From assembly GCA_028864975.1 (NCBI GenBank), contig JAGWLG010000003.1:86150-150149 (forward strand): DNA of 64,000 nucleotides, written 5' to 3'. The notes beneath the pieces are model-generated. The model worked only from the letters and a program-made list of their open reading frames with translations, had not been told where the DNA came from and did not search any database. This DNA is from Thermoplasmata archaeon. Lineage in GTDB: Archaea; Thermoplasmatota; Thermoplasmata; Lutacidiplasmatales; UBA184. Below, one piece after another: positions 57,487 to 64,000 of the stretch; the stretch's first letter is position 1, and every line of letters starts with the position of its first letter. The position numbers were made by a program, and so were the translations under genes.

Positions 57487-57744
57487 ATGTGGCTCGGGGT
57501 TGGTGGCCTCCTCGTGAGCCACGTCGCCTCGGTGCTCCAGCTTTCGGCGGGATCGATCCCCAAGACGCCTCTGCAATACACGCAGTTCCTTCTCTGGACC
57601 GTCTTCCTGATGGCCCTGGCGGTCGGCATCGTCTACGTCTTCCTCCTCCTCTGGACCCTCTCCAAGCACCTCTCCCATGAGCCCCTCGCTCGCGACCGTC
57701 CTTTGACCCCTCCACGCTCGCCGAAGCCCCCGGCCTCGAGGTGA
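57487..57744 (+). CDS. Small membrane protein resembling helix I of oxidase subunit II (subunit IIa-like)
   Basis: TM segment TQFLLWTVFLMALAVGIVYVFLLLWTLSKH; same frame as coxII, separated by TGA-ATC. Confidence 0.7.
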   Translation: MWLGVGGLLVSHVASVLQLSAGSIPKTPLQYTQFLLWTVFLMALAVGIVYVFLLLWTLSKHLSHEPLARDRPLTPPRSPKPPASR

Positions 57745-57747
57745 ATC

Positions 57748-58398
57748 ATGTCCTCGAGCCTCCCTCCCTCCCCGGCCCCGAAGGTCGCCAAATCTCCGGG
57801 TGCGACGGGCGGACCGAAGACCGCGCTCAGCGAGGAAGCGCCCAAGGGCCCTCTCCCGACGGAGAGACCGAACGCTCGGATGCTCGCGAACCACCGGAAG
57901 TGGAAGCAGATCGAGTGGGCCTGGACCCTCATCCCCGTGGGTCTGCTCCTCGCCGTCGCGCTCCTCTCGGTGGGGCTCCTCTACAACCTGGACACGGGTC
58001 CCACGGCGTTCAACTCGAGCGCGAACTGGCACATCAACGTCACCGGCAGCCAGTGGGTCTGGTCCTATTCGTACACCGACCCCTACGCCAGCAAGGTCCT
58101 GAGCGCCTACGGGAACGCCACGTCCACCTCTGTGCTGTACGTGCCGCAGAACGCGGTCGTGTGGCTCAATGTGAGCTCCACCGACGTCATCCACGACTTC
58201 AACGTCCCCCAGCTTGGGGTGAGGATCGACGCGATCCCCGGGCGGGTGAACCACTACTGGTTCACGATCCCCCAGGGGGCTGCCGCATGGACGCGATACC
58301 TGGTGCAGTGCACCGAGTTCTGCGGACAGGGGCACTACGCGATGCTCTCCTACGTCGTGGTGGTCCCGAGTTCGGGACAGCTCCCTTCCCCCGCGTGA
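57748..58398 (+). CDS. ctaC: Heme-copper oxidase subunit II (CuA), single TM helix
   Basis: IEWAWTLIP, QWVWSY, DVIHDF and CTEFCGQGHYAM CuA motif; SD GAGGTGA upstream; no cytochrome c domain. Confidence 0.94.
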   Translation: MSSSLPPSPAPKVAKSPGATGGPKTALSEEAPKGPLPTERPNARMLANHRKWKQIEWAWTLIPVGLLLAVALLSVGLLYNLDTGPTAFNSSANWHINVTGSQWVWSYSYTDPYASKVLSAYGNATSTSVLYVPQNAVVWLNVSSTDVIHDFNVPQLGVRIDAIPGRVNHYWFTIPQGAAAWTRYLVQCTEFCGQGHYAMLSYVVVVPSSGQLPSPA

Positions 58399-58418
58399 GG
58401 AAGGGAAAGGTCGCGAGC

Positions 58419-58964
58419 CTAGCGCCCGTCCGCCAGCACTCGTTGGATGCGCAGCACGGTGTTCCAGTTCCTCGCCGTCCCTGCCGCCCCTAGGGCTCTT
58501 TCGATGCGGTCGAGCGTGAGCCATGAGCGCCCGAGCCCGTCGGGGTAGGTCGCGTAGACCGACTCGCTCCCCAGCTGCACGGTCTCCCTACCTTGGAGCG
58601 AACGCCTAAGCCCCTCGAGCGCCCCCGGGGTCGTACCCTTCTTTAGAAGGACCACGACGAGATGAGAAGGGTCCTCCCGGGCGTATTCCTCGAACGGATT
58701 CGACCGGACGATCTCGGACCATGCGGCGGCGCTCCGCACGAATACGGTCGTCCGGAGCCCCGTCCGAGCGTGGGTCTTCTCCTCAAGAGCCCGCTGCAGC
58801 TTCGGAACGTTCCGTTCAGGCGAGCTGAAGAGCAGGTTCCCAGTTCGGAGCAGTGTGCGCACCTCGCCCAGTCCGATCTCCTCGCCCACGCTCTGGAGCT
58901 CTTTCATCGAGAGGGAGCGCTTCCCGACGTTCACGGAACGCAACAGGGCAGCGTACCGGGGCAC
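58419..58964 (-). CDS. DUF1697 family protein
   Basis: YAALLRSVNVG, VRTLLRTGNLLF and TARNWNTV. Confidence 0.9.
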   Translation of the reverse strand: MPRYAALLRSVNVGKRSLSMKELQSVGEEIGLGEVRTLLRTGNLLFSSPERNVPKLQRALEEKTHARTGLRTTVFVRSAAAWSEIVRSNPFEEYAREDPSHLVVVLLKKGTTPGALEGLRRSLQGRETVQLGSESVYATYPDGLGRSWLTLDRIERALGAAGTARNWNTVLRIQRVLADGR

Positions 58965-58973
58965 GGACGCAGC

Positions 58974-60053
58974 TCAGTGCTCGTGGGACGCAGCTGCCGC
59001 GGCCCGCGTGGCCTCGTTCTGTCCCATGAGCACGAGGAAGGCCGCACCCACGATCACGATCGCGCCGAGCGCCAGGTAGCCGTACCCAATCACCCCCGTG
59101 ATCTGGGGGACGGAGCTCGGTGGCTGTGGCGTAATCCCGACGTAGAGATGCCCCCACATGCTCGGGAAGTGACCGGGAACGAGACACACGAAGGAATAGA
59201 CCCCGGCCTGGGCCACGAAGGGGTCGGTGGGGTTGTCGCCGTTGAGCGTGTTGACACAGCTGTTGACGAGCGTTGCATGGGCCGTCGTGAGCCCGCATCC
59301 CGACGCGAAGTAGGTCCCGACGCTCGTCCCCGAGGTCAGACCGGTGTCGTTCGAGAGGGCGTCCAGCGTGAACGTGTGCGGGAGCCCTCCGTCGAGGACA
59401 TCCACGACGATGGGGACGTGGGAGGGAGCGGTCAGGATGTCTGGGACGAACGTCAGGGCGTTCGTCGCATTGACAAAGATCTTGACGAAGAAGGGACCGG
59501 TCGTCGGGTTCACGGTGATCGTGCCCCAGAACTGGAAGTTCGGGTAGGATTGGTACTCGTCCGGCACCAGCGAGAGGAACTCGTAGGTCACGCCCGCGGG
59601 GGTCGTGGGCTTGGGGAACGTCAGAGAGGCGTTGTACCATGTCCCCGAAGGGATCGTGGCGTTGGCGAAGCGGGTGCAGTTGGCCCAACAATACTTGTTG
59701 AGCTGGGCCGGAGTGTCGTTGAACGGCAACATAGTGTCGTTCCGGTCGACGATCGTGAACGTCTGCGCCTCCGAGGCCGTGTTCCGCACGTGGAAGGTGA
59801 CGTTGGCGGTCGCGTTCACGGCGACGTTCGTCGGAGCGTAGCCTTGGTCGCTCACGGTCAGGTTCACGCTCTGCGAGGAGGAGGCCCGCAGCAGGTGGTA
59901 GCCCCCCGGGGAAGTGTAGGGGACGGCTCCGAAGTGGGCAGCGAACGGGAGGAGTCCGACGCCCACGAGCAGCGAACCGATGACGAGCACCGAGACCGCT
60001 CCGCGGTGAGAGCGGAGACGCGCTCGGCGGACCCCGAAGGTCGTTCGCCGCAT
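58974..60053 (-). CDS. Tandem-cupredoxin membrane-anchored protein; domain 2 with a type-1 Cu site, domain 1 degenerate
   Basis: Domain 2 has PHTF and CLVPGHFPSM; domain 1 has AQTF and SLVPDEYQ...FQFWG; N- and C-terminal hydrophobic helices. Confidence 0.85.
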   Translation of the reverse strand: MRRTTFGVRRARLRSHRGAVSVLVIGSLLVGVGLLPFAAHFGAVPYTSPGGYHLLRASSSQSVNLTVSDQGYAPTNVAVNATANVTFHVRNTASEAQTFTIVDRNDTMLPFNDTPAQLNKYCWANCTRFANATIPSGTWYNASLTFPKPTTPAGVTYEFLSLVPDEYQSYPNFQFWGTITVNPTTGPFFVKIFVNATNALTFVPDILTAPSHVPIVVDVLDGGLPHTFTLDALSNDTGLTSGTSVGTYFASGCGLTTAHATLVNSCVNTLNGDNPTDPFVAQAGVYSFVCLVPGHFPSMWGHLYVGITPQPPSSVPQITGVIGYGYLALGAIVIVGAAFLVLMGQNEATRAAAAASHEH

Positions 60054-60106
60054 CGTGGCGCGCGACCTACCCTTGCTAGATAACCTCTACGTTCCGCTCG
60101 GGAAGG

Positions 60107-60997
60107 CTACGCCCCTTGGCCTTCGGTCTTGCTCGAAGTGGAGGGGTGTCGCACGTCGCTCCCCGGCGTGAGGCGAGGGGCCTCTTCGCCTTCGAACCGT
60201 CGGATGAGCTGCGTGGTCACTTCGATCAGAGGGTGGTGGCCGGTCCGGTCCACCTCGATGTTGTCCAGGCTCTCGAGATGGTGCTCCTTCGCGATCCGCT
60301 CCAGCCCGATCTCCACCCTCGCGAAGTCCTCGGGAGAGTCGCAGGAGAGGATGAAGGCCTGCAACTGGGAGAGGCCCATCTCCCGGGCGGCGAGCGCGCG
60401 GTGGTGGCCATCGACGAGGATGAAGGAGTCCCCCTTCTGGATCGCGAGGACGGGTTCCGCGAACCCGCGTTCGAGCTCGTACCGGCGCCCCTCCAGCTCG
60501 TCCTCGTAGACCTTCCACTGGGTCGGGCGCAGGTTGTGGAGCGGGACCAACCCGCGGCGCAGGGTGAAGGTGAACCCGTACCGCTCGTTGAGCAGTTTGC
60601 GGAGCGTGTCGGCCTTCACGGGGGTCGCGCGCTCGAAGTGGCTCCGCACCACGTCCAGGTTCCCGAGGATGCCGACCAGGGCCCCGGAGTCGTCGACCAC
60701 GGGAAGGTCGCGCAACCCGTAGCGGAAGAGGACCCGGGCCGCCTCATCGAGCGGCATCTCTGGGGTCGCGGTGTAGGTGCCCGGCTTCAGGATGTTCCTC
60801 AGGTGGAGCCCACGGCGGTCCGCGTGGCGGAGCAGCTCCTTCGAGCTCACGAAGCCGACCAGCTTCATGCTCCCGTCCACCACGGGGAAGCCATGGTGCC
60901 GGCTCCGGATGAGCTGGTCGATCGCCTCGCCCACCGTGGCGGTGTCGAGCGCGTGCTCGACCTGCAGGATCATGTAATCACGGACCTTCTCGCCCAT
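60107..60997 (-). CDS. CBS-pair plus ParB/sulfiredoxin-like domain protein
   Basis: Two CBS repeats (GFPVVD, DLPVVD); ParB/Srx motifs LRPTQ, EPVL and LVDGHHRA. Confidence 0.88.
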   Translation of the reverse strand: MGEKVRDYMILQVEHALDTATVGEAIDQLIRSRHHGFPVVDGSMKLVGFVSSKELLRHADRRGLHLRNILKPGTYTATPEMPLDEAARVLFRYGLRDLPVVDDSGALVGILGNLDVVRSHFERATPVKADTLRKLLNERYGFTFTLRRGLVPLHNLRPTQWKVYEDELEGRRYELERGFAEPVLAIQKGDSFILVDGHHRALAAREMGLSQLQAFILSCDSPEDFARVEIGLERIAKEHHLESLDNIEVDRTGHHPLIEVTTQLIRRFEGEEAPRLTPGSDVRHPSTSSKTEGQGA

Positions 60998-61042
60998 GGT
61001 ACTCCGCGTCGGTCGAAACGTCCTGCGCGCTTCGAGCGCCCT

Positions 61043-61621
61043 TCACGCGGGGTGTTCGTCGCGCAGGAAGGAGGTCAGAAGGTGCAGCAGGATGTGGTGA
61101 AGGTCCTCGATGTGCTGCATGTTGTTGGAGGGGACCACGATCGGGATGTCGCAGAGGGGCTTCATCTTCCCGCCTCCCATCCCGATGAGGCCGATCGTCG
61201 TCATCCCGAGCTTCCGCGCCTCCTCGAGCCCTCGTAGCACGTTCGGGGAGTTCCCGCTCCCTGAGATCCCGATCGCGATGTCGCCGGGGCGACCGTGGCT
61301 CTTGACCTGCTCCGCGAAGATCTCGGAGTAGCTCTTGTCGTTCGCCCACGCCAGGATCAGGGGCAGGGGGTCGGTCAAGGAGAGGGTGCGGAACCTCGGC
61401 TTCCCTTCAACGATGGTGAGCTTCCCCAGGTCCTGGGACATGTGGGAGGAGGTGGCGGCGCTGCCCCCGTTCCCGAAGAAGAAGATGTTGCGGCCCTCGG
61501 CCCGCGCCTTGACCACGCGCTCCGCGACCTTCGAGATCCCTTCGGCCACGTAGGGGGCCTTCAGGCACTCGATGGTCTCGTGGACGTATCGCTCAGTGTA
61601 CTGCTGGGGGGTGTGGGGCAT
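61043..61621 (-). CDS. gmhA: Phosphoheptose isomerase (SIS domain)
   Basis: FGNGGSAATSSH, WANDKSY, GISGSGNSPNV and QHIEDLH. Confidence 0.92.
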   Translation of the reverse strand: MPHTPQQYTERYVHETIECLKAPYVAEGISKVAERVVKARAEGRNIFFFGNGGSAATSSHMSQDLGKLTIVEGKPRFRTLSLTDPLPLILAWANDKSYSEIFAEQVKSHGRPGDIAIGISGSGNSPNVLRGLEEARKLGMTTIGLIGMGGGKMKPLCDIPIVVPSNNMQHIEDLHHILLHLLTSFLRDEHPA

Positions 61622-61638
61622 GCGCGTCGCTCCCCGGC

Positions 61639-62637
61639 CTACCTTCCCACGAAGACGATCCGCGAGCCCTCGGTGGAGATGTGGACCGGCAGGTGGCGGT
61701 GGCCCGAGAGGGCCTGCTCTACTTGAACTCTCTTCTCGCGAGGGGCGGCCACGAGAAGGAACCCCCCGCCGCCGGCCCCGGTCACCTTGCCACCCCATGC
61801 CCCTGCTGCCATGACGGCGGAGTACATCCGGTCAAGGACCGAGTTCGTGATCCCGTTCGCCAGCCCCTTCTTGAGCGTCCAGGCTTCGTCCAGCAGGCGG
61901 CCGACGCGCTCGAAGTCGCGCGCGAGGATTGCCTTGCGCGTCTCCCCCGACATCTCCCGTATTCGGTCGAGCGCCGCGAGGTTCTCCCCGGTCCCCGTCC
62001 GTCGGTCCTGTTCCTGCAGCACTTTCCCTGCGGACCGGGTGACTCCGGTGTAGTACAGGGCGAAGTGCTGTTCGAACCGCTCCCGCTCCTCGCGGGAGAG
62101 GGGGAGAGCATGGACCCCTACCGAATCGTCCGGCCGGAACTCGTACTGGTGGAGTCCGCCGAAGGCCGCGGCGTATTGGTCCTGCTTCCCGATGGTCTCC
62201 TTGAGCCGCCCGATCTCGAGCTCACAGGCAGCCTCGGCGAGCTCTCCCGGCCCTTTGAGCTCCCCCTTGAAGGCCCATAGCGCATTGAGGATGCCGACGG
62301 CGAAGGCGCTGGAGCTGCCGATGCCGGTCCCCTCGGCCGGGATGTCGGAGATGGTCACGATCTCGACGGACCCGTCCACCCCGGTCATGCGCAGCGCTTC
62401 CCGGACCGCGGGGTGTTTGATGTCGTCGACCCGGCTCACGTACTCGGCCGCTCGCGAGTAGCTGACACGAATGTCCTGGTCGAACTTCTCGTTGACCAGG
62501 ACGTAGATGTACCGGTCAATGGCCGCTGAGACCACGGAGCCCCCGCCGTGGGCCCGGTAGTATGAGGGGAGGTCCGTGCCTCCACCGGCGAAGGAGACCC
62601 TGAGCGGAGTTCGGGTGATGATCACGGAGCTGCGCAC
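61639..62637 (-). CDS. hddA: D-glycero-alpha-D-manno-heptose-7-phosphate kinase (GHMP family)
   Basis: TPLRVSFAGGGTD, GTGIGSSS, IGKQDQY and GGKVTGAGGGG; adjacent to gmhA. Confidence 0.9.
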   Translation of the reverse strand: MRSSVIITRTPLRVSFAGGGTDLPSYYRAHGGGSVVSAAIDRYIYVLVNEKFDQDIRVSYSRAAEYVSRVDDIKHPAVREALRMTGVDGSVEIVTISDIPAEGTGIGSSSAFAVGILNALWAFKGELKGPGELAEAACELEIGRLKETIGKQDQYAAAFGGLHQYEFRPDDSVGVHALPLSREERERFEQHFALYYTGVTRSAGKVLQEQDRRTGTGENLAALDRIREMSGETRKAILARDFERVGRLLDEAWTLKKGLANGITNSVLDRMYSAVMAAGAWGGKVTGAGGGGFLLVAAPREKRVQVEQALSGHRHLPVHISTEGSRIVFVGR

Positions 62638-62650
62638 CCCTCCTGTGGGG

Positions 62651-63382
62651 TTAGACTTTTCGGGACGGCCGCGGGCGCTCCGCCGCCGGCTTGCGCTCCA
62701 CGACGTAGAGCACCTTCGTAGGGAACGAGTTGCCCCCGTGGGCCATCTCCTTCAACTCGAGTTCCTCGAAGCTTCCGGTGGTCAAGTCGCGCACGTACCG
62801 ACGGGAGAAGAAGTGCATCGTCGTGCCATGGGGAGCGAGGTCGAAGGTATCGGGCCCCACCTTTCGCCCCCGTCCGTACCACGGGTCGTGGGACGACCGT
62901 ACACTGAAGAGGTGGAGCCCTCCCGGGCGGAGGACCCGCTCGACCTCGCGCAGCAGGCGACGGTGCTCCTCTTCGGTGAAGTCCATGTTCAGGAAGAGGC
63001 AAGAGTAGACCGCGTCCGCCGATCCGCTTGCCTGACGCCGCAGCCACGGGACCACGTCCGCCCGCGAAAGGCGTCGAGAGCATTCCTTCGCCAGTCCGAG
63101 AGCCGAGATGTGCTCCCGCCCGATCTTGACCCCTTCGGCGACGTTGTCCACCCCGTGGGCATCGTACCCCATCTGGAGGAAGTAGCAAAGATCGCGACCG
63201 TAACCGGCTCCGAGCTCGAGCACGCGCCGAACGGCCTCTTCTCGGAGCCGGGGTTCGCACCAGCGCGCGAAGGCGCTCGCTCCCGCCCCGAAGAAAGCGG
63301 GGTCTTCCCGATACCGGACGGTCCAGAACCGCGCCTGGCGGAGGCGCCGGGCGCCCTCCGCCTGTCCCTTGCGGGGGGTCAT
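62651..63382 (-). CDS. Class I SAM-dependent methyltransferase
   Basis: VLELGAGYGRD, GVD and VLRPGG motifs. Confidence 0.85.
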   Translation of the reverse strand: MTPRKGQAEGARRLRQARFWTVRYREDPAFFGAGASAFARWCEPRLREEAVRRVLELGAGYGRDLCYFLQMGYDAHGVDNVAEGVKIGREHISALGLAKECSRRLSRADVVPWLRRQASGSADAVYSCLFLNMDFTEEEHRRLLREVERVLRPGGLHLFSVRSSHDPWYGRGRKVGPDTFDLAPHGTTMHFFSRRYVRDLTTGSFEELELKEMAHGGNSFPTKVLYVVERKPAAERPRPSRKV

Positions 63383-63551
63383 CGGGAACCTTGCAGCACG
63401 GGCCTTCACTTGAAGAAGGGGTAAACCCGCAGCGGGTACGCAGGTATCCCGCACCCCACCTCTGCTGCCCCCCCAGACTCCCTCCCAAAGGGGGGGTTGT
63501 GGAGGAGATTCTGCCGGAAGAGGGGGGTGTGCGACCCCCCAGAAACGGCCC

Positions 63552-63586
63552 AGATACGACGCTCTCGTCGTGTCGCCGTCGTATCT
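63552..63586. repeat. 10-bp inverted repeat AGATACGACG-N15-CGTCGTATCT in a divergent intergenic region
   Basis: Read directly from the sequence; upstream of TATTTGAA and the GTG at 63628. Confidence 0.55.
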
Positions 63587-63627
63587 TTGAGTGGGGTATT
63601 TGAAGGAGAATCGCGCCAAAGAGGGTC

Positions 63628-64000
63628 GTGTCGACCTCCGCCGTACCCTTGGCGAGCCCCCCCTCGAGCTTCGACCGACCCTCCGACCCTGCCCGGCGGA
63701 GTCCCCTTAGTCGCCTCCGCCCCCCCTCCCCCTTGGGGGCGCGGCTGGTCCTTGGGGTCCTGCTGGGGGTTGCCCTAGTGGCCTTGGTCGCGTCGGGAGC
63801 CCAAGGGGAGTCCGCGGCGAGATTGGCCGCCTCCCCCCATGAGGCCTCGCTGCCTGCCGCAGCCCCGCCGGGCTCTTTGGGTGCATCCCCCTCCTCCCTC
63901 GGGAGCTTCTCCACCCCCTACGGCTCCTTCAACCTCCCCCAGGGCGGATGCACCACCGGCCTCAACGGCACCTGCCCCCACTTGACCCCCTCCATCTCCG
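63628..64000 (+). CDS. 5' part of a probable secreted/surface protein (runs off the window)
   Basis: GTG after GAGG; open to the window end; hydrophobic LVLGVLLGVALVALVA, then S/G-rich sequence with a Cys pair. Confidence 0.55.
   Translation, partial: MSTSAVPLASPPSSFDRPSDPARRSPLSRLRPPSPLGARLVLGVLLGVALVALVASGAQGESAARLAASPHEASLPAAAPPGSLGASPSSLGSFSTPYGSFNLPQGGCTTGLNGTCPHLTPSIS

Noticed and set aside
57742-57744. Selenocysteine or stop readthrough joining the two subunit II ORFs
   Set aside because: The TGA sits in a good SD with an ATG 3 nt later, falls in a low-complexity linker rather than a catalytic site, and no Sec machinery is seen.
49145-58398. Proof of iron oxidation
   Set aside because: Blue copper proteins plus an oxidase also occur in non-iron-oxidising Thermoplasmatales; sequence alone cannot identify the electron donor.
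2-64000. Many long overlapping or antisense ORFs in the track (e.g. 2-946 +, 7861-9537 -, 18152-20038 +, 19563-21509 -, 27692-29266 -, 33646-35295 -)
   Set aside because: They are shadow frames of high-GC genes, rich in R/G/P/A, lack motifs, and overlap well-supported genes.
1-64000. CRISPR array or cas genes
   Set aside because: No regularly spaced direct repeats or cas motifs seen; the only RNA-guided nuclease relative is tnpB.

Overview
High-GC archaeal chromosomal DNA. Thermoplasmatota is the likely lineage, inferred from gene content (PAC2, DUF835, archaeal tRNAs with a BHB intron, Ig-rich surface proteins); a soil/peat lineage such as Ca. Lutacidiplasmatales is only a guess. The window is densely coding. 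It holds an upper-mevalonate operon (HTH regulator, HMG-CoA synthase, thiolase-fold protein, DUF35, DUF835), tRNA-Ala(GGC) and tRNA-Val(CAC), glycan genes (UDP-sulfoquinovose synthase, GalU-like, two GT4, gmd, gmhA/hddA), two large membrane-anchored surface proteins, purA, thyX, lsrF, a frameshifted solo tnpB, and a ~12.5 kb aerobic respiration cluster (two blue-copper proteins, tatA/C/B-like, Rieske, cytochrome b, oxidase subunits I and II, ctaA, ctaB). The strongest oddities: (1) the operon thiolase has lost three expected catalytic residues while HMG-CoA synthase is intact; (2) the A1-type heme-copper oxidase is remodelled, with a ~285 aa N-terminal fusion on subunit I, subunit II split into two genes, no subunit III and no c-type cytochrome in the cluster; (3) a tandem cupredoxin has one ligand-less domain; (4) tRNA-Ala carries a 31-nt T-loop (59/60) intron with a perfect bulge-helix-bulge; (5) an unexplained ~250-nt highly base-paired intergenic element. 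Family calls come from motifs recognised by eye; no database searches were run. No CRISPR array or rRNA was seen.
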